NCBI GenBank assembly: GCA_963666565.1
Contig: OY762911.1
Span: 3,872,001 to 3,936,000, forward strand
Reading direction: 5' to 3'
Length of the DNA stretch: 64,000 bases
Origin: Thermoanaerobaculia bacterium
GTDB lineage: Bacteria; Acidobacteriota; Thermoanaerobaculia; Multivoradales; Multivoraceae
Of this stretch, positions 1 to 12,059 are shown in pieces. Each line of letters begins with the position of its first letter. Within the stretch, counting starts at the first letter, position 1. Position numbers and translations under genes: made by a program. Below the pieces are notes generated by a model, which made no database searches, was not told where the DNA came from, and was given only the letters and a program-made list of their open reading frames with translations.

Positions 1-1831
<1,831 letters not shown>

Positions 1832-1854
1832 CCGCCGCCAGCGCGGGCACCGCA

Positions 1855-3237
1855 ATGAGCAACAACGCCAGCCGGTTTCCCGAGGCTCTCGTGCTCATCT
1901 TCGCGATGATCGTGGCGGCCCAGATCCTCACGTACGTCCTGCCGGCCGGCGAGTACGAGCGCGACGGCCGCCAGGTCCTGGCCGGCACCTACCACGCGGT
2001 CGAAGCGGAGCCCCTGCCCTGGCACGCCGCCCTGACCAAGGTGCCGCGCGGGCTCGAGGCGGCGGCCGAGATCATCTTCTTCGTCTTCCTGGTCGGCGGC
2101 GCGATCGGGGTCATCCGCGCCACGGGCGCGATCGACGCCGCGATCGGGGCGGCGATCCGTTCCCTCGGAGGGCGGCCGATCCTGCTCGTCGGCGGCATGA
2201 CGACCCTGTTCGCGGTCGGCTCGTCGACCATCGGCATGGCCGAGGAGTACATGCCCTTCGTGCCGATCCTGGTCGCCATGTGCATCGCGCTCAAGATGGA
2301 CGCGGTGGTGGCCCTCGGTATGGTGTACCTCGGCGCCGGCATCGGCTACGGCACGGCGGCGATCAACCCCTTCACCGTGATGATCGCCAAGGACATCGCG
2401 GGCCAGGACCCCAGCGTCGGCTTCGGGCTTCGCTGGGCGCTGCTGGCGCTCATGCTTGCGGTCGGCGTCCACCACATCCTGCGCTACGCCCGCCGCATCG
2501 AGGCCGACCCGGAACGGAGCCTGGTGCGCGACATCGACTACTCGGGCGGCGGCCACGAACTGAGCGCCGCCGACCTCACGCCGGCCCGGCTCGGCATCCT
2601 CGGCGCCTTCGCCGCGATGATCGGCCTCTTCGTCTGGGGCGTCAACGCGCACGGCTGGTACCTGGTGGAGCTCGCGGCGCTGTTCCTGGGCGTCACGATC
2701 ATCTCGGCCGTGCTGGGCCGGGTGTCGGCGAACCGGACCGCCAGGGCCTTCACCAGCGGCGCCGCCGAACTGACCGGCACCGCCCTGCTGATCGGCTTCG
2801 CGCGGACGATCGAGGTCGTGCTCTCGGACGCCAGGGTCATCGACACCGTGATCCACGGCATCGCCTCGCTGCTCCAGCGGGCGGAGGCGCTCGGTTCCGG
2901 CGCCGCCGTCGTCTCGGCGTGGGGCATGCTGGCGGTGCAGAGCGTCTGCAACTTCCTGATTCCCTCGGGCAGCGGGCAGGCCTACGTGACGATGCCGATC
3001 ATGGCGCCGCTCGCGGACCTCACCGGAGTGGGCCGCGAGACCTCGGTGCTCGCCTACCAGCTCGGCGACGGGCTGATGAACCTGATCGTGCCGACGAACG
3101 CGCTGCTCATGGGCATGCTGCTGCTGGCGCGCATCCCCTACCAGCGCTGGCTGCGGTTCGTGCTGCCGGCCATCGTCAAGCTCTACGTCGTCGCGATGGC
3201 GGTGCTGGCGGTGGCGGCGCTGGTGCGCTTCGAGTAG
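1855..3237 (+). CDS. YfcC / C4-dicarboxylate anaerobic carrier family membrane transporter
   Basis: ATG at 1855 within ORF 484..3237. Motifs [22 protein letters not shown] and IPSGSGQA are typical of YfcC; many TM segments. Confidence 0.88.
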   Translation: MSNNASRFPEALVLIFAMIVAAQILTYVLPAGEYERDGRQVLAGTYHAVEAEPLPWHAALTKVPRGLEAAAEIIFFVFLVGGAIGVIRATGAIDAAIGAAIRSLGGRPILLVGGMTTLFAVGSSTIGMAEEYMPFVPILVAMCIALKMDAVVALGMVYLGAGIGYGTAAINPFTVMIAKDIAGQDPSVGFGLRWALLALMLAVGVHHILRYARRIEADPERSLVRDIDYSGGGHELSAADLTPARLGILGAFAAMIGLFVWGVNAHGWYLVELAALFLGVTIISAVLGRVSANRTARAFTSGAAELTGTALLIGFARTIEVVLSDARVIDTVIHGIASLLQRAEALGSGAAVVSAWGMLAVQSVCNFLIPSGSGQAYVTMPIMAPLADLTGVGRETSVLAYQLGDGLMNLIVPTNALLMGMLLLARIPYQRWLRFVLPAIVKLYVVAMAVLAVAALVRFE

Positions 3238-3268
3238 TCGCCGCCGCGCGGCGCCGTTCTTCTCGGAA

Positions 3269-3292
3269 GCGGGTCGGAAGACCCGCGCACCC
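3269..3292 (+). repeat. REP-like hairpin, family A (GCGGGTC-GGAA-GACCCGC-GCACCC)
   Basis: 7-bp stem, 4-nt loop and GCACCC tail, between convergent genes; one of 10 copies in the window. Confidence 0.85.
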
Positions 3293-3327
3293 ACCCAGTG
3301 TGCAACGCGGCGGGCGCGCGCAGACGG

Positions 3328-4179
3328 CTACAGGTTCAGCTTCGCAGGGAGGTAGCGGTCGATCAGGCCCTGGTAGTAGGGCCGCAGCTCGGCTGCGTCC
3401 GGCGGACGATCGCTCTTCGAGTAGAGGTCGTAGCCGTTGAAGAGCCGGACCCAGGCGAACATCTCCCGGTCGCGGTCGTCCATCAGCTCCCCGTACGCGC
3501 CTTCGCGGTGGCAGGCGTAGAAGGAGTGGTAGCGGATCATGTAGAGGGCCGGTTCCGGCAGGCAGTCGCGGAGCGCCTGGTAGAGGTACTCGTCGTGGCC
3601 CCAGGACAGGTGGACCCGGCCAAGGCCGCAGCCCGGCTCGTACACGCCGAGCGGCGTCGAGTAGGCCGGATTCGCCGCGTCCGGGTTGCCCTCGAACAGT
3701 TCCGGGTAGACGATACGGTCCGAGAACGCGCAGCCGACCGGGAAGGTGTCGCCGACCACCGCCCACTGCGGCTCGCCCCAGAGGCAGAGCACCTTGCCCA
3801 GGTCGTGGACGAGTCCGGTCAGCACGAACCAGTCCGGGTGGCCGTCGGCCCGGATCGCCTCGGCGGTCTGCAGCAGGTGGTCGAGCTGCGAGAGATCGAG
3901 GTCCGGATCCGAATCGTCGACCAGGGTGTTCAGGAACTCGAGCGCCTCCCAGGCCGAGAGTTCGGCCCGGTCGAAGGTGAGGTACTCCCCCTTCTTGTCC
4001 TGGACGAAGTCCCAGGTCTGGTGGCGGTGGTTCAGCCGGTAGAACTCGCGCACCGTGTCGCGCGGCGGCGCCTCGAAGTCGCGGTAGTCCTCCCGCCGCT
4101 TGCCGCCGGCTTCCGCCGGCGCCGGATAGAGCTCGGCAACGAAGTCGTCCCAGTCGTCCAGTCGCTCGAACGGTGCCAT
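3328..4179 (-). CDS. myo-Inositol oxygenase (MIOX family)
   Basis: Motifs [48 protein letters not shown] and DLYSK; ATG at 4179. Confidence 0.92.
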   Translation of the reverse strand: MAPFERLDDWDDFVAELYPAPAEAGGKRREDYRDFEAPPRDTVREFYRLNHRHQTWDFVQDKKGEYLTFDRAELSAWEALEFLNTLVDDSDPDLDLSQLDHLLQTAEAIRADGHPDWFVLTGLVHDLGKVLCLWGEPQWAVVGDTFPVGCAFSDRIVYPELFEGNPDAANPAYSTPLGVYEPGCGLGRVHLSWGHDEYLYQALRDCLPEPALYMIRYHSFYACHREGAYGELMDDRDREMFAWVRLFNGYDLYSKSDRPPDAAELRPYYQGLIDRYLPAKLNL

Positions 4180-4257
4180 GGGCGATACGCTAGCGGAACT
4201 GGCCGCCAAGGTGGTGCCGGCCTCGGCCCCCACCGACACGAGAAAGGCGAACCCACC

Positions 4258-4611
4258 GTGCCCTACACCGTCTACAAGCTGCTGCATGTGCTGGGAGCGC
4301 TGATGGTCCTCGCCGCGGCGGGCGGCGTCGCCGTCCACGCCGCCAACGGAGGACGCCGCGAGGACAACGCCCAGCGCGGTCTCCTCGCCGCCATGCACGG
4401 CGTCGGCCTGGTCCTGAGCGTCGTCGCAGGCTTCGGCATGCTCGGCGCCAGTCTGCCCGGCTGGGCCTGGGCCAAGCTGGCCATCTGGCTGCTCTTCGGG
4501 GCCTCGCTGACCCTCGCCTACCGCGGCCAGACCCTCGCCCGAGCGCTGATCGTCGTCCTGCCGCTGCTGGCGGCGGCCGCCGCCTGGCTGGCGCTCTACA
4601 AGCCCTTCTGA
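4258..4611 (+). CDS. Small 4-TM membrane protein (SirB2/DUF2269-like)
   Basis: GTG start after GAAAGG; YKLLHV...HGVGL...W.WAKL...LYKPF pattern. Confidence 0.75.
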   Translation: MPYTVYKLLHVLGALMVLAAAGGVAVHAANGGRREDNAQRGLLAAMHGVGLVLSVVAGFGMLGASLPGWAWAKLAIWLLFGASLTLAYRGQTLARALIVVLPLLAAAAAWLALYKPF

Positions 4612-4852
4612 GACGGACCCGAGCCCGCCGGCCCTTCCGTCAGGAACAGGTCAGCAACAAGTCACGTCCGGCCAGCGTCCGGCGGAGCCACAATCGGGCG
4701 TCCGCAGCGAGCGCGACTGTCTCGCCGCGGACGCAGGAACGGGCTCGGGCCCTTCAAGGGGCAGGGCGCGGACCCGTTTCGGCGCCGGGCGATGCGACTT
4801 CGTCGCGCCGTCCGGCGCCACCTGCCCGGGGCGACCCTCCGGGCCCGGCCGC

Positions 4853-5758
4853 TCAGGGGAAGATGCAGGTTGGACAGTCCCCGGCGGCGGCCGCCAGCGC
4901 GCGGTCGGCCTCGCACTGGTAGACCGGACTGCTCGAGCGTTTCGTCCGGGCGTCGCCGCCGAGCATCGCTTCGCGCTTCCAGTCGTCGTCGGACGCCCAC
5001 CTGTAGGGCAGCATCTTCACTGCGCCCGGCCGCTCCAGCTCGTCCATGGCCGCAAGCGCGGCGCGGACGATCTCCCGCTGCATCTCCGGCGCCTTCGGTT
5101 TCCCGGCGGTGTGGCCGAGCGGGAAGTCGAGGAAGGTCGCCCGCGGCGGATCGACGGAGCGGGTGATCGAGAGAGCGGACGTCAGCGACGTCGTCGGAAT
5201 CCCGTCCGCCTCGAGCCGGCGCGCGATCAGTCCCACGGACTGATGGCAGACCGGTCACACGGGGACCAGCAGCGCCAGGTCGACCTGGTCCTCCGCCAGC
5301 CTGCGGCCGATCTCCGGCGCCAGCGTCTCGCGGACGCGGCGGGCGGAGTAGATCCCTCCCATGAAGGCGTAGGCCCGCGGCGACAGTTCCCCGATCGCGC
5401 CCTCCGCGGCCAGCGCCCGCAGCGGCTCGATCGGGAAGACGACGTTCGGGTCGACCCGGGCGTCGGTCTGGTCGTAGGCGAAGTGGCTCGTCCGCAGTTC
5501 CGCGACGGGAACGGAGACGTCGATCGCGCGCAGCGAGATGTCGTCCCGGTGATGGAAGGCGGGTTGCCCGGCCCGGTACACGCCGCCGGAGCCCACCAGC
5601 CCCACCCGGCACTCGCCGAGGGGCTTCGCGAGCTCGGTCCACGGCGGCGGGCTCTCGCTGCGCACCCACCGGTAGGGATCGTGACCCAGGCTGGAGTACA
5701 GCTCGCGCGTACGAACGATGTGATCGACCGGCGGTCTTCGCGTCGTCATGGCGTCCAT
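4853..5758 (-). CDS. PrdB/GrdB-family (GRDB domain) selenoprotein with in-frame UGA at 5257-5255 read as Sec (VPV-U-PVCHQSVGLIAR)
   Basis: ORF 5255..7687 and ORF 4853..5236 are in the same frame across one TGA. N-terminal PWTELAKPL..RVGLVGSGG and D.NVVFPI motifs, and C-terminal UxxCHQSV...R.LE..GIPT, are PrdB-like. Confidence 0.85.
5216..5254 (-). promoter_or_regulatory. Putative bacterial SECIS element
   Basis: mRNA after the UGA reads CCGG-UCUGCC-AUCAGUCC-GUG-GGACUGAU-CGCGCG-CCGG: perfect 8-bp upper stem starting 10 nt after the UGA, GUG apical loop, CCGG basal pairing. Confidence 0.75.
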
Positions 5759-5785
5759 TCTGACCCAAGATAGGATGCGCGCTGC
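5759..5785. promoter_or_regulatory. Putative bidirectional promoter with overlapping -10 hexamers
   Basis: 27-bp gap. TAGGAT (+, 5771-5776) lies 9 nt before the msrB ATG; TATCTT (-, 5772-5767) lies 8 nt before the selenoprotein ATG. Confidence 0.5.
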
Positions 5786-6283
5786 ATGACGACCGAGGAA
5801 CGGCCAGCGTCGGCGCCCGATCCGGGCGCCCCGCACGTGGAGAGGAGCGGCCGGCTCGACCTTCCCGAATCCGAATGGCGGTCCCGGCTTGGCGACGACG
5901 AGTTCCGGGTTCTGCGCCGCGAAGCGACGGAGCGGCCCTTCACTTCGGCCCTCGACCGGGAGCACCGGCAGGGCGTCTTCCTGTGCGCCGGCTGCGGCGC
6001 CGAGCTGTTCCGGTCGGACGCCAAGTTCGACAGCGGCACCGGCTGGCCCAGCTTCTTCCAGCCGATCGCCGGCGCCGTCGACACGAAGCGCGACTTCAAG
6101 CTGATCATGCCCCGCACCGAGTACCACTGCGCCCGTTGCGGCGGCCACCAGGGCCACGTCTTCAACGACGGGCCGGCGCCGACCGGCCTGCGCTACTGCA
6201 ACAACGGCGTCGCCCTGCGCTTCCGGCCGGAGTCCGAAGGCGACCCGGAAGCTCGACGTACCGCCCCAGGCAAGGAGGACTGA
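5786..6283 (+). CDS. msrB: Peptide-methionine (R)-S-oxide reductase
   Basis: TERPF, CAGC/CARC zinc pairs, KFDSGTGWPSF, GHVFNDGP, LRYCNNG. Confidence 0.96.
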   Translation: MTTEERPASAPDPGAPHVERSGRLDLPESEWRSRLGDDEFRVLRREATERPFTSALDREHRQGVFLCAGCGAELFRSDAKFDSGTGWPSFFQPIAGAVDTKRDFKLIMPRTEYHCARCGGHQGHVFNDGPAPTGLRYCNNGVALRFRPESEGDPEARRTAPGKED

Positions 6284-6286
6284 ACG

Positions 6287-7918
6287 ATGTCGACCACCGC
6301 GCCCACCCGCCGCGCCGCCGGAGCGATCCTGGCCGCCGGCCTCGTCCTGACCCTGGCTTGCGGCGGCGAGCAAGTCGAGCCCCTCACCGCCAGCGTGAAC
6401 ACGGCGCTCGGCGCCGTCGAGGGCCGGGAACTCGAATCGGGAGTCCTCCGGTTCGCCGGCATCCCCTACGCGGCGCCGCCGGTCGGCGACCTCCGCTGGC
6501 GGCCGCCCCAGCCGGCCGCCGCCTGGGAGGGCAGCCGCGACGCCTCGGACTTCTCCGCCGCCTGCTGGCAGCCGCTGTCCCCTCCCGGTTCCTTCTACGA
6601 CGCCGGAGAGATCGAGCGCAGCGAGGACTGCCTCTACCTGAACGTGTGGACCGGCGCCGACCATGCCGGCGCCGCCCTGCCCGTGCTGGTCTGGATCCAC
6701 GGCGGCGGTCTCCAGACCGGCACCGGCAGCACCTTCCTCTACGACGGCGAGAGTCTGGCCAACCGGGGCGTCGTGCTGGTGACGATCAACTACCGGCTCG
6801 GGCCGATCGGCTTCCTGGCTCATCCCGAACTCTCGGCCGAGGCCGAACTCCCGGAGGAGATCGGGGCGCCCGCCTCGGGCAACTACGGCATCCTGGACCA
6901 GATCGCGGCGCTCAAGTGGGTGCAGGCGAACGTCGCGGCCTTCGGCGGCGACCCCGGCCGGGTGACGATCTTCGGCGAGTCCGCCGGATCCTGGAGCGTG
7001 AACTACCTGACGGCGACGCCGCTCGCCGCGGGCCTGTTCCACCGCGCGATAGGCCACAGCGGCGGCATCTTCTGGCCCATGCCGCAGCTTGCGGACGCCG
7101 AGGCCGAGGGCGTCCGCGTCGCCGAGCGGCTCGGCGCCGGCGGCCTCGACGCGATGCGCGCCGCGAGCGTCGAGGAGGTCTACGAAGCGGCCGGCGCCTC
7201 CGACGCCCTCGGCTTCGTGGGCGTCAGCGACGGCTACGCGTTCCCGCGGGACGTCCACGACCTGTTCGCCGCCGGCGAGCAGAACGACGTCGACACGATC
7301 GTGGGCTTCAACAGCGACGAAGGCACCGCTCTCTTCGCCGGCCCCCCGGGCACGACCGTCGCGGACTACCGCCAGTCGCTGGCCGCGAACTACGGCGAGC
7401 ACGCCGACGCGATGTTCGCGGTCTACCCCGCCGAGACCGACGACCAGGCGCGCGAGGCCGCGTACGAGAACCTCGCCGACCAGTTCTTCGCCTGGCAGAT
7501 GCGGACCTGGGCCAGGCTGCAGAGCCGCACCGGAGAGCGGCCGATCCGGATGTACTTCTTCTCCCGCGTGCCGCCCTGGGACGAAGCGGAGACCTACGGC
7601 TCGTACCACGCGGCGGAGATCGTCTACGCCTTCGACAACCTGCACAAGACCGGCGAGACGAGGGACGAGATCGGTCCCTTCAACCATGCCTGGGACGACA
7701 CGGACCGGGCCCTCGCCGACACGATGGCGAGCTACTGGGTGAACTTCGCCGCAACCGGCGATCCGAACGGCGACGGCCTCCCCGACTGGCCCGTCTACGA
7801 TCCCGACGCGGACGGCGTCCTCGAACTGGGCGACGAGATCGGCGTGATCCAGGGCCTGCTCGAGGACCGGCTGGACGCCTTCGACGCCTACTACGAAGAC
7901 CTCCGCGGCAACGGTTAG
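6287..7918 (+). CDS. Type B carboxylesterase, probable lipoprotein
   Basis: GIPYAAPPVGDLRW, SEDCLYLNVW, HGGG, GESAG nucleophile elbow; lipobox-like TLAC. Confidence 0.93.
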   Translation: MSTTAPTRRAAGAILAAGLVLTLACGGEQVEPLTASVNTALGAVEGRELESGVLRFAGIPYAAPPVGDLRWRPPQPAAAWEGSRDASDFSAACWQPLSPPGSFYDAGEIERSEDCLYLNVWTGADHAGAALPVLVWIHGGGLQTGTGSTFLYDGESLANRGVVLVTINYRLGPIGFLAHPELSAEAELPEEIGAPASGNYGILDQIAALKWVQANVAAFGGDPGRVTIFGESAGSWSVNYLTATPLAAGLFHRAIGHSGGIFWPMPQLADAEAEGVRVAERLGAGGLDAMRAASVEEVYEAAGASDALGFVGVSDGYAFPRDVHDLFAAGEQNDVDTIVGFNSDEGTALFAGPPGTTVADYRQSLAANYGEHADAMFAVYPAETDDQAREAAYENLADQFFAWQMRTWARLQSRTGERPIRMYFFSRVPPWDEAETYGSYHAAEIVYAFDNLHKTGETRDEIGPFNHAWDDTDRALADTMASYWVNFAATGDPNGDGLPDWPVYDPDADGVLELGDEIGVIQGLLEDRLDAFDAYYEDLRGNG

Positions 7919-8065
7919 GCGTCGACGCCACCGAAGCGCGTCTTTGTGCTAGCGTCCCGCCATCAGGCAGTGGGTGCAGAGCTCACGCGGCGAACCAGGA
8001 TGCGCCTGTCGTTCTCGAGCGTTGATTGATGTGGAACCCCGGAGCCGAGAAACAGGAGCAGCAGA

Positions 8066-8329
8066 ATGGCAACGAGAATCTACGTGGGGAACCTCCCCTT
8101 CGACACGACGGAAGAGGCGGTTCGCGCGCTGTTCCAGGCACACGGCGACGTGAGCGAGGTTTCGCTGATCAACGACCGTGAGACCGGCCGGCCGCGGGGC
8201 TTCGGCTTCGTCGAGATGGCGAGCGGAGGCCAGGAGGCCATTTCCGCCCTGGACCGGCAGCAGTTCGGAGGTCGCACCCTCCGCGTCAACGAAGCCCGGC
8301 CGCGCGAGGAACGCCGGCCCCGCTGGTAG
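8066..8329 (+). CDS. RRM-domain RNA-binding protein
   Basis: RNP2 IYVGNL, RNP1 RGFGFVEM, LRVNEARPRE; AGGAG RBS. Confidence 0.95.
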   Translation: MATRIYVGNLPFDTTEEAVRALFQAHGDVSEVSLINDRETGRPRGFGFVEMASGGQEAISALDRQQFGGRTLRVNEARPREERRPRW

Positions 8330-8412
8330 ATCGGCCTGGAAGCCTGCGCCGCCGATTCGGCGCGAAGCGAGCTCCCTGGCGCGAGGCGCCGCCCGCCACG
8401 GGTTCGGCGGCG

Positions 8413-9141
8413 TTACATCTCCGGGTAGAAGAACTGGGCCACGGCGACGTCCGCCTGCGGCGACGGCTTCAGTTCGACGATCTCGTCGCGGACGCCGCCC
8501 TTCGCCATGTTGAAGGACACGTTGACGCGCGCGGGAGCGTCCCAGAGCACGACCGCGAACTCGCCGTTCTTCTCGATCGAACCGCTCGCCTGGAAGCTGC
8601 CGTCGCCCGAGGCGACCGTGACCTCGCCGCCGCCCTTGACCGGCTTGCCGCGCCTGTCCTGGACTCTCCCCGCAAGCACCGTGCGGATGCCCGCGGGTTC
8701 CGTCGATTCGCCCTCCCGGAAGAGGATCGGGTAGAGCTGCTGGGATCCGTCGCGCTGCACCGCGACCCGAGCGATGACCGAGCGGTAGCCGTCGCGCTCG
8801 AAGGTCACGCGGACCGTGAGCCCCTCGTAGTCCTCCCGGCTGAAGATGCGGCCCATGTTGCGCAGCAGGAAGGTGCCGGTCTTGCGGCCCTTGGCGCGCA
8901 ACCTGGGCGCCGGCATGTTGTCGTTCTGGAACCAGATGTCGACGTCCGGCAGCGGGTTGCCGGCCGAGTCGAGGATGGTGCCGAACACGCGCGTGTTGTC
9001 GCGGCCGCCGACCGCGCCGGTCACGTCGCCGCCGCGCAGGTCGGCGCCCACGTTCGCCGGGCCCGGATCCTGGGCCGAGGCGGCGGACGAGACCAGGAGC
9101 AGGAGGAAGAACAGGAACGGAAACACGAGTCTCTTGGGCAT
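8413..9141 (-). CDS. Secreted protein with carboxypeptidase-regulatory-like (beta-sandwich) repeats
   Basis: Signal peptide MPKRLVFPFLFFLLLLVSSAASA; repeated G.V/I.D..G.P motifs (GTILDSAGNPL, GRVQDRRGKPV). Confidence 0.7.
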   Translation of the reverse strand: MPKRLVFPFLFFLLLLVSSAASAQDPGPANVGADLRGGDVTGAVGGRDNTRVFGTILDSAGNPLPDVDIWFQNDNMPAPRLRAKGRKTGTFLLRNMGRIFSREDYEGLTVRVTFERDGYRSVIARVAVQRDGSQQLYPILFREGESTEPAGIRTVLAGRVQDRRGKPVKGGGEVTVASGDGSFQASGSIEKNGEFAVVLWDAPARVNVSFNMAKGGVRDEIVELKPSPQADVAVAQFFYPEM

Positions 9142-9309
9142 TCTGAGGTCCTCCGAACGCGTTCGCGCGTCGATCGCCGCCCGGTAGCCGCGGACGCTCG
9201 CGTACCCTATCAGCGGCGGCAGGGCGCCGACTCTTGCGGGCGCCGCGCCCCCGCCCATCCCGCCGCTCGCGCCGCTGCGCCGCGCGGCGCAATCTCCTAG
9301 GATCGTCCG

Positions 9310-10698
9310 ATGCCGCCGCCCGAACCCGTTCCGGCCGCGCCGCCGCGGCCGAGACAGATCCTGGCGGCGGTCTCGATCGGCATCGCGGCGGCTGTTCTCT
9401 TCCTGCGTTGGACGGCGCCGGACGACCCGGCGCCCGCCTTCGACGGCCCGCCCCGGGGAGTCCCGGCCCCCCTGCCGGAGCGTCCCGAGCCCGAGCCGCC
9501 GCCGCCCCTGCCGGGGGAACTCAGCGAGGCGCTCGACCTGATGGCTCAGGGGAGGCTGCGCGAGGCGCAACGGCTGATGCTCGACTTTCGTGCCGGTCCC
9601 GGCGCCGCCAACCTGTTCCCCGACCACCGCGAGACGATGACCGCGATGCTCGACCGGCTCGGCGACGACCCGGCCCTGGCGGCCGCCCTGGAGCTCGAAC
9701 GCGGCTTCGAGGACGCCGATCTCGGCCGCCTTCGCCGCACCCTCGGTTCGCTCTCGCGCGAGGGGACGGTCGCCCTCCGGCGCGACCCGCAGGCGTCCCG
9801 GCGGCTCGACGACGCGCGGCGCCTGACCGCGGAAGTCGACGCGGTCGAGGGGTTGCTCGGCAGCGACCGGCTGGCGGCGCTTCGGCTGGCGCAGGACTTC
9901 GCCCGGCGGCATCCGCGGTTCGCGGCCGGGCTCGGCTTCGAGAACCGCGCCGCGGCGGCGATCGAGGAGACCGCCGCGCGACTGATGGCGGCGAACCGCC
10001 TCGAAGAGGCCCGGACGCTGCTGGTGGAACTCAGGTCGCTCCGCGGCGACGCGGCGCCGGAGGCCGCCTCCGTCGACGCCAGGCTGTCCTCGATCGAGGC
10101 GGTGTTCCGGCGGCGGAATGACCTGGACGCCGCCATCCGGGAGATCGAGGCGCTGGGCCGGCGCCGCCCGAACGAAGCCCTGGAACTCCTGGCCGGCATG
10201 GAACGGACGCCCGAGAACCGCCGCCGGCTGGCCCAGGTGGAGTCCACGCTCAAGCTGCTGATGGACGATCTGGACCGGGGGAGCCCCGAGGTCGAGATCC
10301 TCGACGCGGACGGTTCGAGCCTGGACCGGGCCGAGTACGACGGTCGCGAGGATCTGACGTTCCTGATCCGGGCACGGGACGACTACGAGGTCGTGTCGGT
10401 GCGCTTCTTCTGGCGCTGGTTCGACCGGGAGGGGGAAGGCGACGTGGTGGAAGCGACGCTCGGACCGGTCGACGCCGCCCCGGCGCCGGGGGACGGAGAC
10501 GGCGGCGGCGAAGCCGGACGGGCCGGCGTCGCCTTCGAGGCGACGATCGCCGAAGCCGAACACGGCGGCCGCAGTCTCCAGTTCTGGGCCGAGGCAACCG
10601 ACCGCGGCGGCCGCACGGCCCGCAGCGCCGGCGCCCCGAACCGGCTCGTGCCGGAACGGCGAGGCTTCCTGCAGCGGCTACGGCTCCGCCGCCAATGA
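9310..10698 (+). CDS. Membrane-anchored hypothetical protein (helical region plus C-terminal Ig-like domain)
   Basis: N-terminal TM segment, Pro-rich linker, coding-like codon use; TAGGAT 6 nt upstream. Confidence 0.65.
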   Translation: MPPPEPVPAAPPRPRQILAAVSIGIAAAVLFLRWTAPDDPAPAFDGPPRGVPAPLPERPEPEPPPPLPGELSEALDLMAQGRLREAQRLMLDFRAGPGAANLFPDHRETMTAMLDRLGDDPALAAALELERGFEDADLGRLRRTLGSLSREGTVALRRDPQASRRLDDARRLTAEVDAVEGLLGSDRLAALRLAQDFARRHPRFAAGLGFENRAAAAIEETAARLMAANRLEEARTLLVELRSLRGDAAPEAASVDARLSSIEAVFRRRNDLDAAIREIEALGRRRPNEALELLAGMERTPENRRRLAQVESTLKLLMDDLDRGSPEVEILDADGSSLDRAEYDGREDLTFLIRARDDYEVVSVRFFWRWFDREGEGDVVEATLGPVDAAPAPGDGDGGGEAGRAGVAFEATIAEAEHGGRSLQFWAEATDRGGRTARSAGAPNRLVPERRGFLQRLRLRRQ

Positions 10699-10769
10699 CC
10701 CGGGACGGACGTGAAACCGTTGACTGCGAGACACTTAGGGACTCGGGCCGCGCTGCTATGATCGCCGCC

Positions 10770-12023
10770 GTGGCGAACGGAACGAGCGCCCCGAACGATG
10801 CCGGGGAACCAACCGTCGAGCCGGCGATTCCCCAGCACCACGTCGAGACGACGGACCGGGACTTCGGCGGCCTCGGCCTGAAGCCGGAGATCCTGGAGGT
10901 TCTCGCCGACATCGGCTTCGAGCATCCGACGCCGATCCAGGCCGGGGTGATCCCCGACGCGCTCGCCGGCAAGGACCTGATCGGCCTGGCCGAGACCGGC
11001 TCGGGCAAGACGGCCGCCTTCGTCCTGCCGATCGTCCAGCGGCTCGGCCGGGGCGGGGGCGTGCGCGCGCTCGTCGTCTGCCCCACGCGCGAGATCGCCC
11101 TGCAGACCAAGGCATTCCTCGACCTCTTCCGCAAGAGCCGGCTCCGCATCGCCTCCGCCTGCCTGATCGGCGGCGTGAAGATCGGACCCCAGTTCGACGC
11201 GCTGCGCCGCGAACCGGACGTCCTCGTCGTGACGCCGGGACGGCTGCTGGACCACACGGAGCGCGGCACGGTGAGCCTCGGCAAGGTCGAGGAACTCGTG
11301 CTGGACGAAGCCGATCACATGCTCGACCTCGGCTTCATGCCCCAGGTGCAGCGGATCGTGACCCAGGTGCCCCGCCGGCGGCACACGATGCTGTTCTCGG
11401 CCACGATGCCGCCGCCGATCGAGCGCCTGGCCCAGCGTTACATGGACGAACCGCTGCGGGTCGACCTGGCGCCGCGAGGCGCCGCATCCGGCATCGAACA
11501 CCGGCTCTACCTCGTCGACGAGAAGGACAAGAAGAGCTGCGCCCTGGCGCTGCTCGACTCCGTCCCCGGATCGACCCTCGTCTTCACCAAGCGGCGGTCC
11601 GACGCCGAGTGGCTGTGCCGCGTGCTGGAGCGCGGCAGGCACAGCGTCGCGCGCATCCACTCGAACCGCTCGCAGAAGCACCGGGTCGCCGCGCTGGAGA
11701 GCTTCCGAGCCGGCCGCCACCGGATCCTGGTGGCGACGAACATCGCGGCCCGCGGCATCGACGTCCAGGGCATCGAGCACATCCTGAACTACGACCTGCC
11801 CGACACCGCCGAGGACTACATCCACCGCGCCGGCCGCACCGCCCGCGGCGCCGCCGAGGGAGTCGTGTCGTCGATCGGCACCTGGCTCGACAAGCCGATC
11901 GTCCGCCAGATCGAACTTGCGCTCGGCAACGCGCTGCCCCGCTGCGAAGTGGAAGGCGTGGCCCCCTACCGCGAGATGCGTTCGCTCAACGAGCGCCGCC
12001 GCCGTTCTCCTCTGCGGCGCTAG
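10770..12023 (+). CDS. DEAD-box RNA helicase (RhlE-like)
   Basis: Q motif PTPIQ, AETGSGKT, PTREIA, TPGR, DEAD, SAT, ARGID, HRAGRTAR. Start is uncertain (10695, 10758 or 10770). Confidence 0.93.
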   Translation: MANGTSAPNDAGEPTVEPAIPQHHVETTDRDFGGLGLKPEILEVLADIGFEHPTPIQAGVIPDALAGKDLIGLAETGSGKTAAFVLPIVQRLGRGGGVRALVVCPTREIALQTKAFLDLFRKSRLRIASACLIGGVKIGPQFDALRREPDVLVVTPGRLLDHTERGTVSLGKVEELVLDEADHMLDLGFMPQVQRIVTQVPRRRHTMLFSATMPPPIERLAQRYMDEPLRVDLAPRGAASGIEHRLYLVDEKDKKSCALALLDSVPGSTLVFTKRRSDAEWLCRVLERGRHSVARIHSNRSQKHRVAALESFRAGRHRILVATNIAARGIDVQGIEHILNYDLPDTAEDYIHRAGRTARGAAEGVVSSIGTWLDKPIVRQIELALGNALPRCEVEGVAPYREMRSLNERRRRSPLRR

Positions 12024-12059
12024 TCGGAGCCGCCAGCCCCCTCTTCGCAGGCTCACGGT

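Noticed and set aside
4612-4852. GC-rich imperfect hairpins in the intergenic gap as an ncRNA or riboswitch
   Set aside because: It lies between convergent 3' ends, pairing is imperfect and there is no recognisable family motif.
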